DNA of 64,000 bases from Candidatus Undinarchaeota archaeon (lineage in GTDB: Archaea; Undinarchaeota; Undinarchaeia; Undinarchaeales; UBA543): assembly GCA_964636545.1 (NCBI GenBank), contig CAZWSR010000002.1:32001-96000 (forward strand), given 5' to 3'. The position numbers and the translations under genes are program-made. A model generated the notes under the pieces. It worked only from the letters and a program-made list of their open reading frames with translations. It did not search any database and was not told the DNA's origin. Position 1 is the first letter of the stretch; the number at the start of each line of letters is the position of its first letter. This document shows, one piece after another, positions 9,993 through 20,469 of this stretch.

Positions 9993-11305
9993 TATTTCAA
10001 TAAGTTTTCAGCTTCTTTAACCGGGTCAGGTGTACTGACCTTGAAAGCATTAAATTCTAGGCGTTCAAATTGTACATTGTTCTTCACCCGTCCTTCAAAT
10101 AAAATTTCTTTGCCTATAAGCTCATCTATCTTTGACTGTACAGATTCGGGTTTTGACTCAATTTCTTCTGGTTTCATGCCAAAGAGGGCCTCAGCTTGTT
10201 CTCGGAATAGTGAAACGCGAATTGAACCAGTACCGTCATCAACCATTGCATTTATGATTGTGAGTTTGTTTGGTTTAACATCTCCACAGTTCGGACACTG
10301 CCCTGTGATTTTTTTATTACAGGTTGGACACATGTCGTGTACGAAATTACTACCGTAAATATTAACAATCATTCCGCGGATTGTTTTGAAATTGTCTCCA
10401 TCTTGGAGCTCGTTGATTTTGACTTCTTGGCTTGCAGGAGTTTCTCCAAGTTCTGGCGCAGTTACTCCTTTTGGATCAATTGTGATTTTGGTTCCTTGGT
10501 TTGCTTGGATTTCAACACCGCGCTGACCTTCTTTTGTGAAACCATCTGTGACTTTGACGATTTTTCCAACTTCAAGTTTTTCAATTATGTCAGCTTGCTC
10601 ATTCCAGAGAACTAAACGAGTTCCGCCAGAATCGTCGCGGACAATTACATTTGCAACCTTTCCCTTGTTTCCGTTTTTGTCAAATTCACGAACTCCCCAA
10701 TTGTGGGTTATTCGACCAGCAATTGTTGCACTGACACCAGGAGTTAGGTCTGAGATTTTTGCAAGGAATTCTTCTGCTTTTTTTGGTAAATTAGTTGTGT
10801 CAACATCATCTGGATCTAAAACAAGCATTCCTTTGTTGCCAAGATTGACTTCGTAACCACCTTTCCAGCCCTCACGAACATATCCGTTTTTAACTTGAAC
10901 AACTGAGCCCGCTTTTATTTTGCCTTGCTCAATTTTTTCAATGTCTGAGGCGTTCCAGAGAACAATTCGTGTAGAGCCAGTTTCATCAAAGATTTCTACA
11001 TTGCAGACCTTGTTTTGCAGTCCTTTTTTAGTTGTGAATTCACGAGGAGTGGTGGTTGATTTCACGCGACCAAGGGTTGTAACTGCTCGCATTTCAGGCA
11101 TAATGTCCTTTATTTTGATTTGGGCTGTTTCAAGTACACGATTTTGTGTCTTTACCCCGAGTTCGTTAGCAATTATGTAAGCGGCGCCTTCTTCTGAAAC
11201 CAAACCAGAGAGCTCATGCTGCTTTTCTTTGATTCTCTGGCGAAGTTCGCCTTTAAGCATACCAGTTTTCTCAGAAACTGTTGCAATTAATTCTTCCATC
11301 CTCAT
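9992..11305 (-). CDS. rpa: replication protein A large subunit (3 OB folds + Zn finger)
   Basis: Repeated DETGS/DDSGG/DDGTG-RxxLW OB motifs; CPTC...CPNC. Confidence 0.9.
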   Translation of the reverse strand: MRMEELIATVSEKTGMLKGELRQRIKEKQHELSGLVSEEGAAYIIANELGVKTQNRVLETAQIKIKDIMPEMRAVTTLGRVKSTTTPREFTTKKGLQNKVCNVEIFDETGSTRIVLWNASDIEKIEQGKIKAGSVVQVKNGYVREGWKGGYEVNLGNKGMLVLDPDDVDTTNLPKKAEEFLAKISDLTPGVSATIAGRITHNWGVREFDKNGNKGKVANVIVRDDSGGTRLVLWNEQADIIEKLEVGKIVKVTDGFTKEGQRGVEIQANQGTKITIDPKGVTAPELGETPASQEVKINELQDGDNFKTIRGMIVNIYGSNFVHDMCPTCNKKITGQCPNCGDVKPNKLTIINAMVDDGTGSIRVSLFREQAEALFGMKPEEIESKPESVQSKIDELIGKEILFEGRVKNNVQFERLEFNAFKVSTPDPVKEAENLLK

Positions 11306-11364
11306 CTCAGTAAGTCGAGTAGAGGTTGATGGTTTATATGTTTTGGCAAACTTTAGCTGGTTGT

Positions 11365-11380
11365 AGTGGCGAATGTCACT
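11365..11380. promoter_or_regulatory. operator-like palindrome AGTGGCGAATGTCACT in divergent rpa/scpB promoter
   Basis: Matches AGTGACA-NN-YGYCACT copies at 51108, 51537, 53547. Confidence 0.5.
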
Positions 11381-11451
11381 GGTTTTATAAATGAAAACAA
11401 GATTTAAGATTTCCGTTACCTTAATAAAACAACAGAGCTATAGAAAAACTA

Positions 11452-12234
11452 ATGAGAAAAACTATTGAGGCAGCTCTTTTCATAAGTGGGAGGCCAATGA
11501 GTATTCATGAACTAGCAGCAATTTCAACTACTAGTTCTTTGGAGAAGGTCAAAACAGAGTTGCTGAATTTGAAGCAGGAATACAATGCACGGGAGTCACC
11601 GATTAGAATTTCTGAATTAGAAGACGGACGCTTCAAAATGGATTTGCGTGGTGAGTATTTGGGAAGTGTGCGGGCACTGGCGCCGCATATGGATATGAAG
11701 CGCGCGGTTGTTACTGTTCTTTCACATATTGCTTTGAAACAAGTTGTTACGCAAAGTGAACTTGTGCATAAATTTGGTAATCGAATTTATGAGTATGTTA
11801 AAGATTTAGAAAAACGAGGACTTGTGAGGACAGAACCGTACAGACATACTAAGAAAATTATCACAACTAAGAAATTATATGCACTTTTGGGTGAAGAAGA
11901 TTCTGGAAATGTTAAAGCTCAATTGGAAAGTGCAAAAGCTGAGATTACTGCTGAGAAACAGGCTAGGATGGATGAGCTCAAACCAGAGTACAAGACCAGG
12001 AGAAGGAAAAAGAAGAATGCATTGCCTGACCGCGATTTGACACCAGAAGATTGGATGAAGAGAATTAAGACAGATGATGCAAAAACTTTGTCAAATCAAA
12101 TGGCACAGTTTGAGAAAAAATCCAGTAAGAAAGAAAGTTTAGAAGATGATTATATGGAAGTTTTTGAATTGAAAGGCGGTGGGGACGAAGACGAGAAGAA
12201 AGAAGAAGTAAAAGAAGAAACAGACGCAGAATAA
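11452..12234 (+). CDS. scpB: SMC-kleisin accessory subunit ScpB with charged C-terminal extension
   Basis: IEAALFISGRPMS N-terminus, tandem wHTH, LSHIALKQ. Confidence 0.85.
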   Translation: MRKTIEAALFISGRPMSIHELAAISTTSSLEKVKTELLNLKQEYNARESPIRISELEDGRFKMDLRGEYLGSVRALAPHMDMKRAVVTVLSHIALKQVVTQSELVHKFGNRIYEYVKDLEKRGLVRTEPYRHTKKIITTKKLYALLGEEDSGNVKAQLESAKAEITAEKQARMDELKPEYKTRRRKKKNALPDRDLTPEDWMKRIKTDDAKTLSNQMAQFEKKSSKKESLEDDYMEVFELKGGGDEDEKKEEVKEETDAE

Positions 12235-12939
12235 TTATTTCTTAAAACTTAGAAGATCGCGGATTTTTTGCGGTATACGAGTTGGTTCAGTTTTAATATC
12301 TTTAACTCGAATATCTGTTTTCAAACTGTAAACACAGAAAAGAACCTGAGATACTACTGGCCTCTTTTTACTCTCCTTCAAATAATAATCAAACACATAA
12401 GAACGAATAAGCTTTTCTTGATTAAGATAATCCATAAGTTCTAAGAATTCTCGAGAGTTTTGATTAAAATTACCAACTTTTGTAGATATTGTTTGGAAGT
12501 CATCTGGACCGCCAACACGATGAGGACATACTTGAAAATCAGGATCATGCACTGCGGAAAGAATAGACTCAACAAAATAGCCCTCCTTTTGAGTAAACAA
12601 AAAGAAAATATCAAAATCTTTCATATGAAATTTTTCAGGGTCTGATAAGACTATTTTATAGATTTTCTTTCGGAGATCCATATGATCAAACGGTGTTTCA
12701 TCGCGCCCTTCCCTGAAATAAGGAATAATTAAACCAATTTTTTCAGGTTTGATGTTGGTTTTTTTAAACCATCTAAATAATTTTCGATCTGAATACTTAC
12801 ATAACATGTGCTCCAGATGTAAAATTCCTATTTTTTCACCACCAACAAAAATATCACATTCCCAACCTTGTGAGTATAATCTAATTTTTCCGCTCTTCTC
12901 TAAGATTTCTCTCAGTTCACTAAAGGTAATTTTTGTCAT
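12235..12939 (-). CDS. hypothetical protein
   Basis: 234-aa ORF, no motif recognised. Confidence 0.55.
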   Translation of the reverse strand: MTKITFSELREILEKSGKIRLYSQGWECDIFVGGEKIGILHLEHMLCKYSDRKLFRWFKKTNIKPEKIGLIIPYFREGRDETPFDHMDLRKKIYKIVLSDPEKFHMKDFDIFFLFTQKEGYFVESILSAVHDPDFQVCPHRVGGPDDFQTISTKVGNFNQNSREFLELMDYLNQEKLIRSYVFDYYLKESKKRPVVSQVLFCVYSLKTDIRVKDIKTEPTRIPQKIRDLLSFKK

Positions 12940-12991
12940 TAAAACTACTTGTTCTTAAAACTATAAAAACACTCCAAACTACTATTTTCTT

Positions 12992-14641
12992 GTGAAAAAA
13001 CAAATAACATCGCTGGACTTGTTTTATCTTGTTAAGGAAATGCAGGAACTAGTTAGTGCTAGAGTTCAGAAAGTTTACATGATTGGAGATGTTGTTTACC
13101 TTGTTGTTTATGGAAATAACAAAAAACAGACACTTGTTCTGGCTCCAAATAAAATGATTGTTACAGAATATGAGCACGATTACCCAAAACAGCCACCAAT
13201 GTTCTGTATGTTACTGCGGAAGCATTTAGTGAACAAGCGGATTTTGAGTATTAAGCAACACGAATTTGAAAGAATTGTTGAAATTGAATTTGCTGACCGT
13301 GTGCTAATTGTTGAACTGTTCTCTGAAGGGAATGTTGTCCTTGTTGATAAAAATATTCAAGAAATTATTCATCCACTGAAAGTACAGAGATGGAAAACAC
13401 GTGAAATTATTTCAAGACAACCTTACGAGTATCCGCCTGCTGGCTTGAATACAGTTGAAGTTGAAAAAGAGAAGTTTTTGGAGATTTTGAAAGCATCAGA
13501 CAAAGATATTGTGCGAACTCTTGCTACAAAGTTTTCGCTTGGCGGACATTATGCTGAAGAGGTTTTGTTCCGAGCCGATATTGAGAAAGGTTATCTTGCA
13601 AGTGAACTTTCAGCTGCTGCGCTTGGTCGCGTTTATGATAGATTGAAAGAATTATTTACGCAAGAACCAAAGCCACAATATTATGGAGCTAAGGCAATGA
13701 TTGCTCCATTTGAAATAAAGAACACTGAGCTAAAACCAAAACCATTCAAGACATTTTCACATGCTTGTGATGAATTTTTTGCAGAAGTTGTTGTGAAACG
13801 GAGTGAACACGATAGATTACAGAGAATGTTGGATGACCAGCAAGGAACATTGAAAGAGCTGGCAAAAGTTGTTGTTGATTCAAAAAAAGAAGGGGATTTG
13901 TTGTCGCAGAAACAAGAATTTGATAATGCAAACAAGGCGTATATGAAATCAAAAAAAGCAAAAAAGAAAATCAAGGGATTGAAAGAAGCTATTGAAAGAA
14001 CAAAGAAGGCAATTGCAAAGAAGCCAGTTGTTGTGCAGGCACCGAAAAAGAAAGAAGTTGTTGTGAAGCAGTGGTTTGAGAAATTCCGGTGGTTTAAGTC
14101 AAGTGAGGGGTTCTTGGTAGTTGGTGGGAAGGACGCAACCACAAATGAGATTATTGTTAAAAAACACGCAGAAAAGGGCGACATTGTGTTCCATGCAGAA
14201 ATTGTTGGAGCACCATTCTGTGTTATTAAAAGTGAAGGAAAATCAATTCCTCAAAAAACAATTATTGAAGCTGGCCAGTTTGCTGCAGCTTACTCCAAAG
14301 CTTGGCAACAGGGACTTGGAACAGTTAATGTTTATTGGGTTAATCCAGATCAATTGTCAAAAGAAAAGGGTTTGCCAAAAGGTGCGTTTATGGTGCACGG
14401 AAAGCACAATTATATTCAAAATGTTCCGCTTGAGCTTGGTTTTGGAATTGGGGAGGACAAGGAATTATTGCACGGGCCACTGTTGACTATTCAGAAAATG
14501 ACTAAGAGATTTGTAAAGGTTGGCCCAGGGAGAATTAAAGCAGGCGAACTTGCAAAGAAAATTAAAAATAAACTGAAATATGAAGGTAATGTTGATAATA
14601 TTCAGAGGTTTATTCCTTCTGGAAAAGGTAGTTTGAAATAA
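12992..14641 (+). CDS. rqc2: archaeal Rqc2/NEMF (NFACT) ribosome quality-control protein
   Basis: FCMLLRKHL, QHEFERIV, ELFSEGN, WFEKFRWF, GGKDATTNE, KGAFMVHG. Confidence 0.9.
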   Translation: MKKQITSLDLFYLVKEMQELVSARVQKVYMIGDVVYLVVYGNNKKQTLVLAPNKMIVTEYEHDYPKQPPMFCMLLRKHLVNKRILSIKQHEFERIVEIEFADRVLIVELFSEGNVVLVDKNIQEIIHPLKVQRWKTREIISRQPYEYPPAGLNTVEVEKEKFLEILKASDKDIVRTLATKFSLGGHYAEEVLFRADIEKGYLASELSAAALGRVYDRLKELFTQEPKPQYYGAKAMIAPFEIKNTELKPKPFKTFSHACDEFFAEVVVKRSEHDRLQRMLDDQQGTLKELAKVVVDSKKEGDLLSQKQEFDNANKAYMKSKKAKKKIKGLKEAIERTKKAIAKKPVVVQAPKKKEVVVKQWFEKFRWFKSSEGFLVVGGKDATTNEIIVKKHAEKGDIVFHAEIVGAPFCVIKSEGKSIPQKTIIEAGQFAAAYSKAWQQGLGTVNVYWVNPDQLSKEKGLPKGAFMVHGKHNYIQNVPLELGFGIGEDKELLHGPLLTIQKMTKRFVKVGPGRIKAGELAKKIKNKLKYEGNVDNIQRFIPSGKGSLK

Positions 14642-14644
14642 AGT

Positions 14645-15382
14645 TTACGTTGGCATACGATACACAGATTCAACTTTCGAGCTCTTCCCGCATTTTGGAC
14701 ATTTTGGTTTGTCTGTGTGTATTTTTGGTTTTTTGGCATTAAACTTTTTTTTGCAACCCTTGCAGTTCCACATTGACAAAAATTGATCTTGGGAAGCTAA
14801 TCCCCTTTTTGTTCTACCAAAACCAGCTTTACTACTACCACTTCGTTTTACAGGTTTAAGTGGTTCTTCATCAACAGATGGATGAGTGGGTGAGTGGTCT
14901 TTCTTTCTTATTTCCACTTTACCTTTGTTTTTGATTGGGTGTTCTCCTTTTAGTTCATCATATTTTGTTTTGGAAATTTTATCAAAATTTAGGTCATTTA
15001 ACTGATTAAGGAAAGAACGGAAAGAATCTGTTTTTTTGAAAGCGGCATTCTTTGTTTCTAATTTTAGTGCGAGAAAGCCTCCAGTTAAGATCTCAAAAGT
15101 AAATGCTGCGCCTATTTTTAATATACCACTGTGAACAAAACCAATTTCCCCATTGAAAAAACTACCCTTCCCCTCGTCTTGTTTCAAAAAGAAATGGTCT
15201 TTATCCGCTGATTGTACAAGTTCTTGATCTATGTTTTTCTGTTGCGCATTAATGTTGTCCCTAAAAAGTGCAAGTCTGTGTTTTTTAAATAATCCTTTAT
15301 AGAAAAAGTAAAGAGTGTCTGGCACTGGCGCTATCTTTTTTGATTTCTGTGTCGTCTTTTTCTTCTTTTTTTCTTTCCCCAT
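14645..15382 (-). CDS. basic hypothetical protein with C-terminal Zn ribbon
   Basis: CKGC...CPKC at C-terminus. Confidence 0.55.
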   Translation of the reverse strand: MGKEKKKKKTTQKSKKIAPVPDTLYFFYKGLFKKHRLALFRDNINAQQKNIDQELVQSADKDHFFLKQDEGKGSFFNGEIGFVHSGILKIGAAFTFEILTGGFLALKLETKNAAFKKTDSFRSFLNQLNDLNFDKISKTKYDELKGEHPIKNKGKVEIRKKDHSPTHPSVDEEPLKPVKRSGSSKAGFGRTKRGLASQDQFLSMWNCKGCKKKFNAKKPKIHTDKPKCPKCGKSSKVESVYRMPT

Positions 15383-15428
15383 ATCAAAAACTATAGATTA
15401 GCTTATTTAAAACAATTGTGTTGAATGC

Positions 15429-16616
15429 TTAGAAGGCGTCTTCTTCTTCAGGCTCGTATTTGAAGAACAATTTCAGTAATGCAGGTGATAAAAAGAGCGT
15501 AATTACCATTGAAATGATTGTTACAGGAATTAATATTCCATTCACAAACAGGGTTGCACTGGCGCCAGAACCAAGAACTTGCGCAGCAATTACTAAAATA
15601 AGCAATTGTTCTCCACCACGAGTCATCATACCAACACTTGCACCCAAGCTGTGCCTAAATGAAACCCCACCAAGCATTGCACCAAGCAAGTTCCCAAGGA
15701 ATTTTGCACCAAGTCCAACAAGAATGAGGAGCCAGATAATTGAAGATATTTTGAACATACTAGGATCAATTGACAAACCCATCCATGCAAAGAATAGTGG
15801 TGAGAAAACTCCGTACGTGAAAGATGCGATTTTTGGAGAAAAGCTTCCTGTTTTCAGATATGGTGAATATGCGAGAGCGATTCCTGCGAAAAACGCTCCG
15901 ACAACTGCAGCGAAACCGAGAACATCAGCAACATATGCTAAGAAAAGTATGAGAACGAAACCAATTGCAAACTGCGCTTCTTCAGAACGCATATGCTCAC
16001 TGTAGCGGATAATGTATGGTGAAATAAATTCCATTGCAATGAAAATTCCAAAGAAGAGGAGGATTTTTCCAATTCCAATTGCATATTGTGCAGGCCCGGT
16101 TGCACCAATTAAAGCAACAGTAAATGCAAGAATTGTGTAAAAGATAAAGTCCTCAATAACAGTTGCACTGATTATAACTTCAGAAACTTTTGAGCGAAGG
16201 CGCTTCAAACTGACAATTGTTTTAATGGTATTTGGAGTAGACTCGCCACCCATAATGAGTGCAAAGAAAATTGCATGAACAATGCCAAGACCAATGCTTT
16301 TGAAAATGAAATAAGACGGAACTAAGACAAAGATAAACCCAAATGTTGTTAGGAGAACTCCACTTTTCCCACCCTGCTTCATTTTCTCTATGCTGAAATT
16401 AAATCCAACAAGGAATAGTAAAAGGATGATTCCAAGAAGTGCAAGTTGCTCAAGTGATCCAGCTGTTATGAGTTTGAGCATTGCTGTCCCAAGAACAACT
16501 CCTGCTAGAATTTCGCCAAGAAGAGCAGGCATTCCGAATCTTTCAAAAACTTCTCCGAAAATTTTGGCAAGTAGAAGTAAAAGAATAAGTGCTGGAAGAA
16601 ATGTCAAGAGTTCCAT
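15429..16616 (-). CDS. CPA2-family cation:proton antiporter
   Basis: GEILAGVVLG, ATVIED, GAFFAG, GMMTRG; many TM helices. Confidence 0.88.
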   Translation of the reverse strand: MELLTFLPALILLLLLAKIFGEVFERFGMPALLGEILAGVVLGTAMLKLITAGSLEQLALLGIILLLFLVGFNFSIEKMKQGGKSGVLLTTFGFIFVLVPSYFIFKSIGLGIVHAIFFALIMGGESTPNTIKTIVSLKRLRSKVSEVIISATVIEDFIFYTILAFTVALIGATGPAQYAIGIGKILLFFGIFIAMEFISPYIIRYSEHMRSEEAQFAIGFVLILFLAYVADVLGFAAVVGAFFAGIALAYSPYLKTGSFSPKIASFTYGVFSPLFFAWMGLSIDPSMFKISSIIWLLILVGLGAKFLGNLLGAMLGGVSFRHSLGASVGMMTRGGEQLLILVIAAQVLGSGASATLFVNGILIPVTIISMVITLFLSPALLKLFFKYEPEEEDAF

Positions 16617-17086
16617 TATTTCTTATTCTTCCCCCTTTTTTTATTGTGTTTGAAAATTTCATCAAGGATTTCAAACTCAGTTATCATTCCAACAAGCTTG
16701 CTAGATTTAAGAACAGGAATCGCATCAATGTTGTGTTTGAACATTAAACTTACGACTGAACGGATAGTGGTTTCTGGTGTAACCGTTATTTCGTGTCTGT
16801 GCATAAGGTCTTTGGCAGTTTCAGCAAAATAACCCATGTCAACAATTCTGCCAAAAAGTCCAGTCACTTCATTCCATGAAACATCTTTTGGATCAATTAA
16901 TAATTTGAGAAGGTCTTGTTGGTGAATGTCCCCAACAAAATCACCATTTTTATCAGTAACTGCAATTGCATCTGTAGAATCATCTTCAAACACAGTTATA
17001 ACATCAGAGATTTTGGCATCCGCGTGCACGCTTTCAAGTTTTCGCATAAGATCTTTAACCTTGAGCTTTGCAATATGCTGCATCAT
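16616..17086 (-). CDS. CBS-domain pair protein
   Basis: KVKDLM...AKDLM...AIPV..LVGMIT; abuts the antiporter gene. Confidence 0.85.
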   Translation of the reverse strand: MMQHIAKLKVKDLMRKLESVHADAKISDVITVFEDDSTDAIAVTDKNGDFVGDIHQQDLLKLLIDPKDVSWNEVTGLFGRIVDMGYFAETAKDLMHRHEITVTPETTIRSVVSLMFKHNIDAIPVLKSSKLVGMITEFEILDEIFKHNKKRGKNKK

Positions 17087-17162
17087 AAATTCGGGTAAGT
17101 TCTGATAGTATTTAAGTGTTAAACAAAATAATAAATAGAACAACGCCTACCAAATTGTTCTA

Positions 17163-19274
17163 ATGAAGATAGGGGAAATTTCTGCAAAGTGTCCAGTACT
17201 AACCGATGTAGTTCAGCGACTGCAAGAAATAGACAAAATTGATGAATTGTACCCGCCGCAAGCTAATGCACTGAATGCTGGATTTTTAGATGGGAAAAAC
17301 CTTGTGCTGAGTATCCCAACTGCTTCTGGAAAAACCTTGATTGCTGAGTTGGCTCTGATGAATGAGGCACTGCAAGGAAAGAAAGGAATTTATTTGGCTC
17401 CGTTGAGGGCGCTTGCTTCTGAAAAATATGAGGAACTGAAAGAGAAATATGGGAAGCTTGTGAAAATTGGGATTAGTACAGGAGAGTATGATTCAACTGG
17501 AAATGAGCTAGCAGATTATGATATTTTGATTTTGACAAATGAAAAAATGGATTCGTTGATGAGGCATAAACCAGAATGGTTGCAGGATCTTGGTTTAGTG
17601 GTTATTGATGAAATCCACTTGGTTAATGACAAGAGTAGGGGACCAACTTTGGAGATGGTTACTACAAAATTGAAAAAACAAGGAGTTAAATTTGTTGGGT
17701 TGAGTGCGACAATTGAAAATTCTGATGAAATTGCAAAGTGGTTGGGTGCAGAGCTTGTAGAATCAGATTTCAGGCCAGTAAAATTGTCAAGGGGTATTTT
17801 CTTGAATAATTCAATTTCATTTAAGGAAAAAGAGGATGTGAAATTTGATGCACCACCTGGCGCAAATGCATTGGCAGTTATGTCTTCAGATATTGTGCAA
17901 AACAAGGCACAGTCACTTATTTTTGTAAATTCAAGAAGGAGTGCGGAGAAAGAAGCTGAAGATAATTCCAAAGAGATTTTTGTATTAATAGATGCAGAAA
18001 CAAAAAAAGCATTGGAAAAAGTGGCGGACCAGATTGAGGGGGTTTTGGATTCACCAACAAAACAGTGCAAGCGATTAGCAAATTGTATTAGGAGGGGCGC
18101 TGCGTTTCATCATGCTGGTTTGCATGCGAAACAACGGAGTTTGGTTGAGAAGAATTTTAAGCAGAATATTATCAAATTGATTTGCGCAACCCCGACTTTA
18201 GCAGCTGGAGTGAATTTGCCAAGTAAGCGAGTTGTTGTTAGAGATTATAAGAGGTATGGGACTTTTGGGATGGAACCGATTCCGATTCACGAAATTCACC
18301 AAATGTTTGGAAGGGCAGGTCGGCCAAAGTATGATACAGGGGGTGAAGCAATTCTGATTTCTAAAAATGAAGAAGAATTTGACCAATTGTGGGAACATTA
18401 TATTGAAGGACGGCCTGAACCAGTTTCAAGTAAGTTAGGAATTGAGCCAGTTATGAGGACGCATGTGCTTGGTTTGATTTCCGAGCAAGAACGAACAAAA
18501 GAGCAAATGTTTGAATTTTTTGCAGATACTTTTTACGCTCAACAGTATGAGGATATGGATGCATTTGAAGCAATGATTGAGAAAATTCTTGATAAGTTGT
18601 TTGAGTGGGATTTTATTGATCATGAAAATAATAGATTAAAATGCACAAAACTTGGGGAAAGGGTTGCGCAATTATATTTGGATCCATTAACTGCTTTTGA
18701 TTTTATTAAAATGCTTGATAGAAATCCAAAAGATGAAATGGTTTTGTTAACTATTTTGTCAGATGCTGCTGAGATGCGGCCGCTAGCTGGTGTGAAAAAA
18801 TCAGAAGAATTTGTTATTTATGAAGAATTTGAAAAACATGATGTTGATGAAGATCAAATTCGAGCGTTCAAAAATGCCTGGATTTTTAATGAATGGATGC
18901 AAGAGAAGGGTGATGATTTTATTTTTGACACTTTTGGAATGCCACCAGGCACATTCAGGATAAAGCTGAATGTTGCTGATTGGTTGTTGTATGCTTGTGG
19001 AGAAATTGCAAGATTGACTAAGCGAGAGAAGATTTTAGATAGGTTGAAAATGTTGAGAAAGAGATTGAAATATGGAGTGAAAATGGAGCTCTTGCCACTG
19101 ATTAGGATTAGGAATGTTGGGCGAGTTAGGGCAAGGAGATTATTTGATGCTGGGTTTAAAAATGTTGAAGATATTAAAAAGGGGAGACCCGAATTTTTAG
19201 TTACATTGTTAGGGAAGAAAGTTGCTGGGAAAGTTATGGAGCAATTGGGGATGGAAGTTCAAACAACTCTTTAG
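17163..19274 (+). CDS. hel308: Hel308/Hjm Ski2-like DNA helicase
   Basis: PTASGKT, DEIH, FHHAGL, TPTLAAGVNLP, QMFGRAGRP, VGRVRARRLF. Confidence 0.95.
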   Translation: MKIGEISAKCPVLTDVVQRLQEIDKIDELYPPQANALNAGFLDGKNLVLSIPTASGKTLIAELALMNEALQGKKGIYLAPLRALASEKYEELKEKYGKLVKIGISTGEYDSTGNELADYDILILTNEKMDSLMRHKPEWLQDLGLVVIDEIHLVNDKSRGPTLEMVTTKLKKQGVKFVGLSATIENSDEIAKWLGAELVESDFRPVKLSRGIFLNNSISFKEKEDVKFDAPPGANALAVMSSDIVQNKAQSLIFVNSRRSAEKEAEDNSKEIFVLIDAETKKALEKVADQIEGVLDSPTKQCKRLANCIRRGAAFHHAGLHAKQRSLVEKNFKQNIIKLICATPTLAAGVNLPSKRVVVRDYKRYGTFGMEPIPIHEIHQMFGRAGRPKYDTGGEAILISKNEEEFDQLWEHYIEGRPEPVSSKLGIEPVMRTHVLGLISEQERTKEQMFEFFADTFYAQQYEDMDAFEAMIEKILDKLFEWDFIDHENNRLKCTKLGERVAQLYLDPLTAFDFIKMLDRNPKDEMVLLTILSDAAEMRPLAGVKKSEEFVIYEEFEKHDVDEDQIRAFKNAWIFNEWMQEKGDDFIFDTFGMPPGTFRIKLNVADWLLYACGEIARLTKREKILDRLKMLRKRLKYGVKMELLPLIRIRNVGRVRARRLFDAGFKNVEDIKKGRPEFLVTLLGKKVAGKVMEQLGMEVQTTL

Positions 19275-19855
19275 ATAATTTTGAAAAAGTGGGCAGTTAT
19301 CCATACAATGCCGTGTAGAATTGTTACAAGGTAGAAATTAGGGAAGAAAACATAGATTGCAGATATTCCAGTACCCAACACAAGTGTGAGTGCGAAAATT
19401 TTCCAGCTGTGGAATGGTATGTGCGCAAAACCGAAAAGGAAAGACATTATTAAGATTATCCAAGGCAGAGACAAGCCAAAGCTGAGGAGGGCTGGGAAAA
19501 GTATGCTTCTGAAGATGATTTCTTGGGCTGGAATCAGGGCAAGCGCCCAGTTTGATTTAAGATTGTCCCGCCCAATTATTCGGATATAATCCATTTTGTA
19601 GTTATTCTGTTTGAAATATGCGCAAAGACCAAAAGCAAGAAAGAACATGATGTAATAGTAGCCGTCTGCTGCCATGAAATTATCCAACCGGAAACCGAGA
19701 TCATGCCAGGAATATCCTTTTATAAAAGCAACTGCGAATGCAAATAATGACCCGAAGACAAACGCCATCAAATGGTACTTCATTGGGATTAGTTTGTAGA
19801 ATAAGACAATAGGAATTATTATGAACAGGGCAAGAAGGATTATTTCCAGAATCAT
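19271..19855 (-). CDS. CPBP/CAAX-family intramembrane metalloprotease
   Basis: QEIIFR, FGFAH, ILHG motifs. Confidence 0.8.
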   Translation of the reverse strand: MILEIILLALFIIIPIVLFYKLIPMKYHLMAFVFGSLFAFAVAFIKGYSWHDLGFRLDNFMAADGYYYIMFFLAFGLCAYFKQNNYKMDYIRIIGRDNLKSNWALALIPAQEIIFRSILFPALLSFGLSLPWIILIMSFLFGFAHIPFHSWKIFALTLVLGTGISAIYVFFPNFYLVTILHGIVWITAHFFKII

Positions 19856-19930
19856 TAGAAAATGTAGTTAGAAAAGGGTTAATAAAGTTGCGGAAAAGAT
19901 TAAAAAGGAGTGATTTAACAAATTTAACAC

Positions 19931-20016
19931 GCGGGGGTACCCGAGCCTGGTCAAAGGGGCAGGGTTTAGGACCCTGTGACTTAGTGTCTTCGCAAGTTCG
20001 AATCTTGCCCCCCGCA
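19931..20016 (+). tRNA. tRNA-Leu(TAG)
   Basis: GCGGGGG/CCCCCGC acceptor, CAGGG-TTTAGGA-CCCTG anticodon arm, long variable arm, GTTCGAATC. Confidence 0.95.
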
Positions 20017-20064
20017 TTACTCACCACAGAAACTCTTTTTAACTCCAAATAAGTACAAAGATTA

Positions 20065-20469
20065 ATGAAATTAAAATTCAGGACACAATTGTTTACAGAA
20101 TTCCTAGTATTTTTTGTTCTTACAATATTGTTTTTTAGAATATTGGTTGGGATAATTGGAGATACTTCACTGATACTGTTCGGGCATGAGATACATCATT
20201 TTTATATGGGTGTCTTTTTTGTCCTTTTTTCAGGGTACCGGCAATTCTTTTCTGAGAATAAAATCATTGACAAAATTAATATGAGGATTTTTGCAGTTGG
20301 TACTGGGATGATTGTGGACGAGAGTATTTTTATGATTGCAACCGCAGGACAGCATCTTGATTATTTCTCAATGCGCTCGTTATTTGGGGCAATATTAGTG
20401 AGTTTGATAATACTTTCAGCATTTTATTTAATATCACAAAAAGGAGCCCTAAAACCTAGCGAAACCTGA
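20065..20469 (+). CDS. membrane protein
   Basis: IHHFYMG and GMIVDE motifs, about 4 TM helices. Confidence 0.65.
   Translation: MKLKFRTQLFTEFLVFFVLTILFFRILVGIIGDTSLILFGHEIHHFYMGVFFVLFSGYRQFFSENKIIDKINMRIFAVGTGMIVDESIFMIATAGQHLDYFSMRSLFGAILVSLIILSAFYLISQKGALKPSET

Noticed and set aside
19701-20048. ORFs overlapping RNA genes (also 50466-50735 and 6949-7197)
   Set aside because: Spurious frames across tRNAs, repeats or the ncRNA candidate.
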